From: Malacoraja senta
Lineage: Eukaryota
Length of the DNA stretch: 64,000 nt
Direction of reading: 5' to 3'
Assembly: GCA_038087875.1 (NCBI GenBank)
Contig: JAXLNO010001453.1
Coordinates: 62,001-126,000 of the forward strand
The translations under genes were made by a program, and so were the position numbers. How positions within the stretch are numbered: the first letter of the stretch is position 1; each line of letters starts with the position of its first letter. Below are positions 1 to 9,979 of this stretch, piece by piece. Below the pieces are notes generated by a model. The model saw nothing but the letters and a program-made list of their open reading frames with translations, made no database searches and was not told the DNA's origin.

Positions 1-455
1 CCGAGTGAAAAAGGTTTCCCTCATCTCCGTTCGAAATAGCCTACACCTTGTTCTTAAACTATGGCCCCTAGTTCTGGACTCTGTCAACATCGGGAACATG
101 GTTCCTGCCTCCATCGTGTCCAATCCCTTAATAATATTTTATGTTTCAATAAGATCCCCTCTCATCTTACTAAATTCCAGCGTATACAAGCCCATCCGCT
201 CGATTCTATCCACATATGACTGTCCCGCCATCCCGGGAATTAACATCGTGAACGTACGGTGCACTCCTTCAATATCTAGAGTGCCGTTCCTCAAATCTGG
301 AGACAAAAACTGCACACAATACTCCAGGGGTGGTCTCTTTAGGGCTCTGAACAACTACAGAAGGACCTCTGGCTCCTTTACTCAATTCCTCTTGTTATGA
401 TGGCCAACGTGCAATTAGCTTTCTGCACTACTCCTGTACCTGCATGCTTACTTTC
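1..455 (-). mobile_element. CR1 LINE fragment, 3' part of ORF2
   Basis: Minus ORF 139-354 contains RPPLEYCVQFLSP...RTFTMLIPGM...SY..R...GLYTLE, the typical CR1 ORF2 C-terminus. Boundaries approximate. Confidence 0.8.
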
Positions 456-759
456 AGTGAGTGATGAACAAGAACCCCCAGGTGATACCCATCACCTTCT
501 CAAGTACAAAGGTTTCCCTCCCGTTCCTGTTAAATATTTCCCCTCACACCTTTAACCTAATTCCTCTGGTTCTTGATTCTCCAACTCTGGGTAAAGGACA
601 ATGTGCATTCACGTTCTCCAATCCGCTAATGTTTTCATACACTCAGCCTCCAGCGCTCAAGAGATCAGAGATCCGCCGTGGAAACAGGCCATTCGTCCCA
701 CAGAATCCGAGCTTACCAACGATCACCAACAGTAGCACTATCCTGCAAGCTAGAGACAA

Positions 760-960
760 GGTACAATTTGCAGACGTTAAAAATAAACCATATTTCTGTA
801 CATATTTCTAGTCTGGGAGGGAACCGGAACACCCGGAGAAAACCCAGGCAGTCATCAGGAGAACTTGCAAAATCGCTACTGACAGCACCGTACTCAGGTT
901 CTAATCCGGGTGCCTGACACTGCAAGGGAGCAACTCTACCGCTACGACACGATGCCGCCT
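760..960 (-). mobile_element. HE1-type tRNA-derived SINE, degenerate
   Basis: The reverse complement resembles the SINE head and body seen in forward orientation at 14276-14570. Boundaries approximate. Confidence 0.6.
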
Positions 961-1878
961 AATTTAGTCCTACCCAGCTCAACCGATCCTTTTTGCGTAG
1001 TCGCTCGAGGGAGTATAGTAGAGCTGTGATATGGAACACCCTTCTAGTGAAGGGGTTGTCATGTTGCTGTTGTGGGGGAATTCCCAGACTATAGCGATGC
1101 AGAGAAGTAATTCAGTACCGGCTCATTGAGCAAAAACAGTAATTACTGCTTTAAGGTATTTGCATATTTGTGCAGTCGCCCACTGGGAAAGGCACCAGGC
1201 GTATTTAAAGTGTTTAATTTTACTGCCCTCACGTGACTATCCATCAAGGGCTTTACTTTAGCAGTTGCTGTAGCTACGCATCTGGTGTCCAGTGATATAT
1301 CCAGCGACTCAGATCTGGATTACTCAGCAGGGCCCAATGGCGAACTACCCATCTATATTACTGGTAATCCGCCATTTGCGGTGGTATATTTTGGTTTATA
1401 GACTTCCTATTCTTCCCGAGTCCCGGACGATTTTGCTGCTATTAGTAAAGGCCAATCACTACCTGAAATTAGAAAGTCTGTCAGGGTGTCGGTAAAGTGG
1501 AATTGGTTAACGTAATTCTGACAATTCCGGGCCAGCCCATCCTCCATCCAGTGACACCCACGGTTCTATAATTAAAACAGATAATTCTGCAGTTATTAAA
1601 CAGGTTATCCAGGACCGAGAGAAAGTGAAACAGAACAAACGTTTCAGATCTCTGGTCACATTTCCTATCCCGCTGCCAAGTGTCGTAAGAGCTCTTGTAA
1701 TTCTCTGCAGCTATTGGCTAATGATATGGAAACGGATTCCGGAGAAGCAGCTCGCAGTTGGAAACAATCAAACCACCAGGACACCTGCACAGAATGAAAG
1801 CAAACCGACAACTGAGAGAGAAGAGTAAAGCAGGCACATCCAACCGCATCAGCGGAGCAGAGAACAAGACAACGGCGA

Positions 1879-1916
1879 TGTTTTTGTAAGGGGCTTAACT
1901 TGTTCCCATCACTGTG
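1879..1916 (-). promoter_or_regulatory. Recombination signal sequence (23-class RSS, 22-bp spacer) of the TCR V segment
   Basis: On the minus strand, perfect heptamer CACAGTG (1916-1910) follows the YYCALR codons directly, then a 22-nt spacer (1909-1888), then nonamer ACAAAAACA (1887-1879; 8/9 match to ACAAAAACC). Confidence 0.95.
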
Positions 1917-2382
1917 CGCCTCAGTGCGCAGTAATAGACTGCAGAGTCGCTGAGATCCAGCCCTGAGATACTCAAACTGGTGAACTTAGTCGCTGTATTG
2001 AGCTCAATAGAGAAACGAGTATCAACGTATTGGGCCTTATATTCATATGTGTTGGTGTCTCTCAACATAGTAAACTCGAGCTGCATGCCTGGATATTGTC
2101 GGTACCATAATAAAGCATATCCACTCGATGTGGTATCATAGTTACAGGTTAAAGTCACCGCTTCTCCTTTTGTCTTCTTCGCCGAGTGCAGTGGCTGTGT
2201 GACAGATTCTCCGTGAATCGTGACTGTAAAATAAATATATTGAGATAGTAACAGACACCGGAGTCTCATGAGATTGCACTTCTCAAAACCTGAATGAGAA
2301 AGGCGAGGGGAACTGAAACATTTGATCCCGAATTACCTGTCAGAAACGCTCCCCACCCAACACAGATGCCGAGGAAACACAT
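1917..2382 (-). CDS. T-cell receptor alpha/delta-type variable gene segment (leader exon + V exon), apparently functional
   Basis: Leader exon 2382-2337 (ATG; MCFLGICVGWGAFLT+G) ends at donor AG|GTAATT. A 113-nt phase-1 intron ends at TTTTACAG. V exon 2223-1917 reads TIHG-ESVTQP...VTLTC...LLWYRQYPG...RFS...DSAVYYCALR, with the conserved Cys, Trp and Cys and no stop. RSS adjoins. Confidence 0.93.
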
Positions 2383-2744
2383 TTTACCCGTTCACTCTGT
2401 ACTAGCTGCGTTCCAAACTTGAAGCGACACAAACTGGTGCGTTTTCTCAGTCAAAGAGCGGCTGCTGGTCACCGGATGTTCGCTGTCACTGCCCTGTGCC
2501 CCCAGTGATGGAGTCAGAGATGTGGGTGGGCAGCGGGGTCTCAGCCAATTGAAATACACGTAGCCGGAATCCAGCTTTCCCCCCGAGAGTAGTCGCATCC
2601 GCTTGAATGAACCGTGGTTGAGGAAGACATATTTGTTCTTGTAACCGGTAGTGAAGGTGCGAAGCCTGAGATTGTTAAACGGAACAATAATAATGTGCAT
2701 ATTCACAAATGCAATAGATCGGGTAAACTCACAGAGTCTCTTGG

Positions 2745-3050
2745 CCAGATTAGGGGGATCGAGAAACAGAGAAAATAGATTTAAGGTCAGTGGGGAGGAA
2801 GATTTAATAGAGACCAGAAGGGTAACTTTTTTTATACAAAGGGGGCTTATGGAACGAGCTGCCGGAGGTAGTAGTTAAGGCAGGCACAATCGCAAAGTTT
2901 AAGAAGAACGTTGACATGTGCATGGATAGAACATATGTTGAGGGATAGGGGCGAAACACATGCAGGTGGGACTAGTGTAGATGGAACATGTTGGCGGTGT
3001 GGGCAAGTTGGGTCGAAAGGTGTGTTTGCGCGCTGTAAGACCCTATGATG
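2745..3050 (+). mobile_element. CR1 3' end fragment
   Basis: Contains tggaacgagctgccggagg...gaggcaggcac-like and gggactag segments that match the other CR1 3' tails in the window. Confidence 0.65.
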
Positions 3051-3071
3051 CCATGATTCTAAAAAACACAA

Positions 3072-3199
3072 CAGTATTAACGGCATCCGTCCAAAGGCGA
3101 CAGTTGTACAGTCGTTTCGGCAGTGTCGAGAAAACATCAGTGTTAACGGCATCGTCCAAAGGCGACAGTTGTACAGTCGCTTCGGTAGTGTCGAGAAAA
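3072..3199. repeat. Two-copy tandem direct repeat, period 66 bp
   Basis: cagtattaacggcatccgtccaaaggcgacagttgtacagtcgtttcggcagtgtcgagaaaa (3072-3134) recurs at 3138-3199 with a few differences. Confidence 0.9.
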
Positions 3200-3479
3200 G
3201 GGGAGTTATTACGATGTTTTGATGTTTTAATTGAGAAATGCACGTGATTTCGATATGAAGTATATTACAAGCAAAGCCAGAAGGATGTACAAGGAGACAT
3301 TTTCAATCAATGTTTCCAGTTCCACTCTCCCTTCATCTGCCATGGTTTGGCATATGAAATTCATTCCTGAGGACCTCATCACACCGAGTCCACGCCGACC
3401 ACCGATGATCAGATAACTTTCGTTCCATGTTATTTCACTTTTCCATCTATTCCTTTCACACGTGGTGTATGCTTACAGA

Positions 3480-3655
3480 CGCCAATTAACCTAAAACATC
3501 ACACCTATTTGGGATACGGGAGGAAATCAGAGCACCTGGACGATACCGACACGGTCACAGCGAGACGGGAAAACTCCACTCAGACATCACCCGAGTACAG
3601 GATTGATCTCGGGTCTCTGAAGCGTTGAGGCAGCAGCTGCGCCACTGTGCCGACA
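3480..3655 (-). mobile_element. HE1-type SINE, degenerate
   Basis: Plus strand ccaattaacc...cgggtctctg...gcgccactgtgcc is the reverse complement of the SINE head ggcacagtggcgc...cagagacccg. Confidence 0.7.
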
Positions 3656-4529
3656 AAATGTGTGAATTGTTTTTATAAAGAGTGCAGCTGGGTGATTGTT
3701 GAACTTTAACCACAGCTAGCCGGCAATATAGGTTTGGAATTTCCATGAGTTGCAGCAGTATATCGCGTGGTTTGGTGATCTGCATTCTGCGCACAGACCG
3801 CTGCTGCCTGGATTCGGTTCGTGGTCAGGGAGTATGGCGGTTTTTTTCTGTCTCCAGTGGAAACACCATTAGACCGCGCACCGTTCACTCTGTGTAGTAT
3901 CAGCGTCGCCGCCAGCACGTGAACAGTCAGCAGCTCACTAATATTTAAAATGATATACTTATGCAAAATACACAAACATTATTGCGATTATTACCATAAT
4001 CGCGACAGGTTCAGGCGGCCAGGGGTTTCAGAGTCAAATTAATATTGAGATACGCATTCAAAATATATCTCCAAAATCAAAGAAAATATAAACTAACAAG
4101 GGCCCACAAATCATCTTTTCCATTATGCTAACTATACAACGTGTTGTCAGTCGTGTAAACAAACCACTGGAGATTGGAAGATAATTCAAATGCACTCTCG
4201 CTCACTTGCTCGCGGAATGGCGTGGATATCAGGGCAGTTGTGGACGAGCAGCCATGAATTGAGAAATCGCAAGATTTGACTGGGTCTTTACATGGAAATG
4301 GTTCCGCCTTCACAGACCTCTACTATGGGAAAAACAACTGCGATTATTGTGAATTGTAGGAACAGTCATAGTGCGTCAAGGTTTTGTATTTCAATATATA
4401 TACTTTATTCGAGAAATAAATATATATAATACATGATCCTTACAAAACCCCATCCGACACTCTCGGAGGCTAAACATACATTCAATACTGTTTACACAAA
4501 TTACACAATTTTACCTCCCACCTAAGGGG

Positions 4530-4710
4530 TCACAAGTAACATTAGCAAATTTGCAGATGACACAAAGCTGGGTGGCAGTGTGAACTGTGAGGAGGATGCA
4601 ATGAGAATGACTTCGACAGGTTAGGTGAGTGGGCAGATGCGTGGCAGAAGCAATTTAATGTGGGTAAATGTGAGGCTAGCCACATAATTAATGTGAGGTT
4701 AGCCAAGTAA
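4530..4710 (+). mobile_element. CR1 reverse-transcriptase fragment
   Basis: Translates as ISKFADDTKLGGSVNCEEDA...LGEWADAWQ.QFNVGKCE, the RT catalytic FADD region. Confidence 0.8.
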
Positions 4711-4729
4711 TTCCACATCAATGTATTTT

Positions 4730-5165
4730 CAATGCATTCCGATGATTTCGCCCTAATATCTGGAATAACGTCACAAGCGGTCCCCCTGACTGTTTTATTG
4801 ATAAAAACATCGCTCAAAATATAACTATTTGATCAAGGACATTCCTTGCTGATATTTATTTCTCGTTAATTGGCACGTTATACGTTAAATTTTCTTATGA
4901 TTCTCTTCATGAAGTGCCAACAGGTGAAAGATATTAATGCCGCTGCTGTATCCAATTATATTCACTCCCACCTAGGCAGGTCCATGTGATTTACATCATT
5001 TAGACCGCTGCACAGGAACCATTCTCGTTTGTTTTGAAGAGGAGCTCCAAGCGAAATCCAGGAAAATATTATTATTGGGTACATGTCAAGTGAATTCAAC
5101 AGTGTCTGGGAAGAGCAGTAGAAAGGTAGCAAATACAATATTACATCGCAGCATGTGTTGATAAG
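4730..5165. other. Diverged older paralog of the unassigned segment found upstream of each GPCR gene
   Basis: Aligns at roughly 70% by eye with 46520-46940. Shared blocks include gccctaatatctggaataac, gatatttatttct, ttcatgaagtgccaacag and gtgatttacatcattt. Confidence 0.75.
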
Positions 5166-5179
5166 TGATCAGAAGTTCA

Positions 5180-6055
5180 TAAATGATAGGTGCAGAATTA
5201 GGCCACTAGGCCCATCAAGCCTACTTCGCCATTTAATCATGGATGATCCATCTCTCCCCCCCAACCCCATCTTCCTACCTTCTCCCCATAACCCCTGACA
5301 CTCGTACTAATCAATAATCCGTCTATCTCTGCCTTAAATATATAAATTGACGGCTTCCACAGCCTGGTGTGGCAAAGAACTCCACAGATTCACCACCCTT
5401 TAATTAAATTAATTCTTCCTCCTTCTTCCCAAAGGAACGCCATTCCATTTTGAGGCTATGGCCCATGGTCGAAGACTCTCCCTCTAGTGGAATCATCCTC
5501 TCCACGTCCACTCTATGCAAACCTTTCACAATTCGATAAGTTTCAATGTGGACCCCCATGATGCTTCCAAACTCCCGCGAATGTCGTGAAACGCTCATCA
5601 TATTTTAACCGACTCATTTGCTGGGATCGTTGTTGTAAACGTACTCTGGACCCTATCAGGAACTGGCACATCCTTCCACAGATATGGTACCCACAATTGC
5701 TCACATTACTCCAAAAGGGACCTGACCAGTGCCTGATAGTGCCTCAGTATTGCATACCTATTTTTGTATTCTTGCCCTATTGAAATAAATGCTAGCATTT
5801 CGTTTGCCTTCCTTACTACCAATTCGATTTGAAAATTACCTGGTTTGGGAATCCTGCATTAGCACTCTCAAGTCCCTTTGCACCTTCGATTTCTGGATTC
5901 TCTCCCCATTTTGGAAATGGTCTACGCTTTTATTCCTACTACCAAAATGCATGACTCCACACTTTGCTACTCAATATTCCATCTGCCACTTCTCTGCACA
6001 CTCTCCCAAACTATCCAAGTCCTTATGTAAAATCCCAGCTTTCTCTACACTACAT
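5180..6055 (-). mobile_element. CR1 LINE fragment, 3' ORF2 and tail
   Basis: Minus-strand translation gives ETYRIVKGLHRVDVERMIPL.GES.T.GHSLK, a CR1 C-terminal motif. Confidence 0.7.
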
Positions 6056-7870
6056 GTGTATGGAGCATGCTGCCGGAGGAGGTAGTTGAGGCAGGTACTG
6101 TCGCAACGTTTATGAAATATTGCTACAGGTACATGGATAAGATATGTTAAGAGGAATATGGGCCAATCGTAGGCAGGTGGGGTGTGCAGATGGGGTACGT
6201 TGGTCATCGTGGGCATGTTGGGCCGGAGGACTATTTTTCACGCTGTATGACACTAGACCTCTTTGCCAAGATCGAAGAACAACAAGTCACTTTCCTCTTG
6301 TGCAAGGCGCAAGTTTCTGCAGTTAACATCCTAGTCTTCAACTTTACTCGATCTCTCTTCCTCTTCGTTTGGAAGACAATTCGGCATATCGACGCCCGTC
6401 TTGATTATATTGCCCCTCGCGATAACGTTCAAAACTTTAAATGTCAACTCACAACATCGTTCGCTCCAGAGAAATAATAAATCCTGACCTATACAGTCTC
6501 TCTCGGAATTGAACGCCTCCAGTCCTGGCAAAATCCTTGTCATTAATAATCTGCCACTCCCCAGATTAATGGTATCATTGCTAACATATTGCGATCTGAA
6601 CAACATTGCACGTGCTGTCTCGCCAACGTCCCAGACCAGATGGTTAAACTCCACTTATACCCAACCGCGTGCGACTCCGGAAGTGAAATAAGCCCACACC
6701 TTAAGATGGCTGAGGGAAACAATATCCTACAATCCCCGTACAAGTTGACTCGCATTGCATGCAATCCGATTGCTCATGAACAAGATGGAGAAAAAGCCCT
6801 GTTTCCGTGCTGTATAACATGTAACTACCACTTACAGTGAGAGTTCGTTCAATATACCTGCCCCTCCCGTGAGGAAGACTTGGCGCTGCGTCCCCTTTAA
6901 TTTTTTACCGACTCATTTTAGACTCCTGCCCTCTTTAAAGACCTATATCAGAAGAACAAAATAAAATACCCCCACTGATCATCACCGTGTCTTATTTTAA
7001 CACCCCATAACTCCTCGGGATCTTGTGCGCTGCAGAGGGAAACATCTGCATTATCATGTCCATCTCACAATTTACAGCGTCCAATATGAGTATCATTCTT
7101 GTGCATAGAGTTGCATACTCCCCAGTTAAAATGGATCCTTAATGAATTATTTCGAAAAATAATTTCCCTCCTCCTGTGCTGTACTGCTCTGTGCCGTTTT
7201 TTTCTGTGAATTGCTTAGTATGAGTGCACAAAACATGCCACTTCTTTCTTAGGTCACGACTTTCTTCAGAATGATCTATCCCCAAACATGTACCGCCGGT
7301 CAGATTCTCTTTAACCGATTCAGTCGGCTCTATCATCTTGCACATCAACATTCTTGATATCTCCAACGGATCAATGCATTGAGATTATTTTGCCCTAATA
7401 TCTGGAATAACATCAACATCTGTTCACCTCTCGTTTTATGAATTAACACATTTCTTCAAGATAACACTGCCATAGAATGATTCCATTTTCTTTTGAAAAG
7501 GAGCTGCAAGAGGAATCCAGGATCAAACTATTAATGGGTGCATGTTACTGAATGTAACTGTGTCTGAAAAATGCATTACAAATGCTACAAATAAAACTCT
7601 ATATTACATCGCAGCATATGTGGATAAATGCTAAATGACATGTATTTTGCTGCATCTTCGTGTCACACCTTTAAATTTAAAAATAGAATGTGCAGTCGTA
7701 TCTTACATTTCCCTTGTGCGGTTGGTACTCAGCTGGTGCCTGAGTAGCGAACGATCGCATAATGAGTTTGATCGCTTTGAATCACCAGGGAGCAACCTAT
7801 TTGTTCAACGGTCCACAACGGATGTCCGCGGGGAGGTGAACGCACGCTGTCCTTCACTTTTTTCTAGGAA

Positions 7871-7878
7871 TATAAATA
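7871..7878 (+). promoter_or_regulatory. TATA box of GPCR copy 1
   Basis: TATAAATA about 80 nt upstream of ATG 7952. Conserved at 47190 in the other intact copy. Confidence 0.6.
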
Positions 7879-7951
7879 TAGCGCGGTTTGACTTCTCACT
7901 TTGTCTTCTGTAAGTTTTGAACGGCATAACTGGGTACGGCTTGACGGAGAA

Positions 7952-9806
7952 ATGGGTTGGAAGTGGTATTTGACAGCTGAATATTATTATTATCCAATTC
8001 TAGCAGCAATCGCAGTACCTGGTAGGTAAATGGAACGTGTATGCGGGACAGACTTGTGGGATGATGTGTTGATAAAGGCAATGTTAAAGGTAAAGTGCAA
8101 ATAGTGTGCGAAACACGGGAATGCTGGACTGCATCCGTCGTCTATGAATTATCGTTGATGATATTAACTGGGAGGAACTTGAAGTCCTCAACCACTTCCA
8201 CTTCAGCACCGTTGATGGTGACCGGTGATCCATCGCTTTTCCTGAAATAGATAACTTGCTCCTTCGTCTGGTTGATACTGACTTTGAGATTGTTATTATC
8301 TAGAAAGTTGTGGGAGCAGTTACAGCCGAATTTGGCCGCGGGTCGTAAGTGTTTAGGGTGAAGTGTCGGGGACGGAGCAGACATCTTTATGGGGCACCGT
8401 TGTTGAGAATTATTGTGGATGGGGTGTTATCACTGATTATCACCGATTAAGGTATGTTCATTAGAAAGTCGAGTATCCACTCGCAAGCTGGAGTGCTGAT
8501 CGCGAGGCTCGGGAGTTTATCAATGCGTTTGGATGGGAGTAGAGTTGAAGGCAAGTGTTCCAGCGGAGAAACGGGAATCTAACATTCGACTCCTTCCTGC
8601 CTGGCTGTTACAGAGAAGGGTTTAGGTCCAGGACGATGGCGTCTGATGCGGAACTGCTGCTGCAATATGCAGTCTGCGGTTCATCAAAGGCGGCTGGGAG
8701 AGGGCTCACGCTACCTGCGTATACCGCTGATAGCTAATGCGCACATCTCCTTAGCACGCACTGAGGGATTGCAAGTAGTGCAGTCGTTTTCGACCAAATA
8801 AACAAAGCGTACCAAAAATTTACCCCCACCCCAAATTAGCATCGCGTTTCCCTTCCATGTAACGACAGTTTCCTCTTTTCTACTCCCCCCAGTGAACTTG
8901 TTGGCGATTGTGATACTGTCCCGCAGAAATTGTGGTCTCTCAAAATGCACCACTCGTTACCTGGTGGCCATGGCGGCGGTGGACCTCTCAGTGATTGTCT
9001 GCGAAGTGATATTACATCGGATTGCCGACGTTTACTGGTGGCGCACATTCCTCTTCCACAATACTGTGTGCATGTGCATTATGTTCCTCGCTCCCGCGGC
9101 CGTTGCCTGTTCGGTTTGGCTCACGGTCGCTTTCACATTTGATCGCTTTGTGGCCATTTCCACTCAAAATCTGAGAACCAGATACTGCACCGAAAGAACC
9201 GCGCTGGTGGTTATAGTGACCCTAACTGCGTCCTTCTGTTTACAGAACGCTCCGTGGGCTTTTGCGTACACTTATTATCTCAGGGATCAGCAGGGTATAC
9301 TGTGGGGTTGCCGAATGCGATATCACTTTTATGTCCTGCCATCGTGGATAGCATTTTCCTGGACTCAACAGCTGCTAATCCCAGTCATTCCATTTTGTTT
9401 GATTATGCTTATGAACATGCTCACTGTCAGACGCATTTTAGTGGCCAGTCGTGTCCGCAGAAAACTCCGCGATCTCAGTAGTGAGGACCCCGAAATCGCA
9501 AACCGCAGACGGTCCGTAATTTTACTCCTAGCAATTTCCAGCTGTTTTATGCTGCTCTGGGGCACAACTGTAGCATATTTCGTTTTCTATCGATGTACGA
9601 ACGCATTTTGGTTCAGAGGGTTGAAGAACCCATTTGCAACATTTGAACAAACTGGAATTATGCTACAACTGTTGAACACCTGCACAAACACGCTCATTTA
9701 CACCGTGACCCAGAGGAGGTTCAGAGAGCAGCTGCTCCAGGTACTCATGTACCCCTTCACCCTAACTGTAAGTTTAATAAAATCGAGAAAAGCTGGTGTA
9801 AAATAA
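7952..9806 (+). CDS. Class A (rhodopsin-like) GPCR, GPR139-like chondrichthyan type, intact two-exon gene, 327 aa (copy 1)
   Basis: Exon 1 7952-8021 (MGWKWYLTAEYYYYPILAAIAVP+G) ends at donor G|GTAGGT. An 871-nt phase-1 intron ends at tactccccccAG. Exon 2 8893-9806 is open to TAA. Seven hydrophobic segments, DRF at the end of TM3, Cys at the top of TM3 and in ECL2 (WGCR), NTLIY in TM7 and an FREQL helix 8. The family label comes from recalled motif similarity, not a search. Confidence 0.9.
8130..8750 (-). mobile_element. Rex1/Babar-type LINE RT remnant inside the GPCR intron
   Basis: Minus-strand peptides LLPSKRIDKLPSLAISTPACEWILDFL and NQTKE...INGAEVEVVEDFKFL match Rex1 RT motifs. Also present at about 47450-48070 and partly at 28667-31230. 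Confidence 0.7.
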
Positions 9807-9979
9807 CATTACAATAATAATCCCTTCGTGAGTGAGTGCAAAAACTATGTAATGAAGGAGTTTTCTCTGAAATCTTTACGCATCAATTTTCAAGAAAATA
9901 GCTGAAAAATACAATCTGAACGCGTTCCCTGCATTGGAATGCACATTTGTCCATCTATTTAGCATGCGACACAATAACG

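Noticed and set aside
1158-1165. Octamer ATTTGCAT as an Ig-type promoter
   Set aside because: It lies downstream of the V gene with no leader nearby. A single 8-mer is expected by chance in 64 kb.
3072-3199. CRISPR-like array
   Set aside because: Only two adjacent copies without unique spacers, in a vertebrate context. No CRISPR, rRNA or cas features were seen in the window.
6330-7330. Peptide echoes of Penelope RT (RHIDDC, YRRSDSL), hAT transposase (TRWLNST) and a P-loop (FLTGGAG)
   Set aside because: The motifs are in inconsistent frames or strands, their spacing does not fit those proteins, and they vary between copies. Left unassigned.
8026-8031. Alternative donor AG|GTAAAT 4 nt downstream of the GPCR exon-1 donor
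   Set aside because: It would give phase 2, out of frame with exon 2, and it is changed to GTCAAT in intact copy 3.
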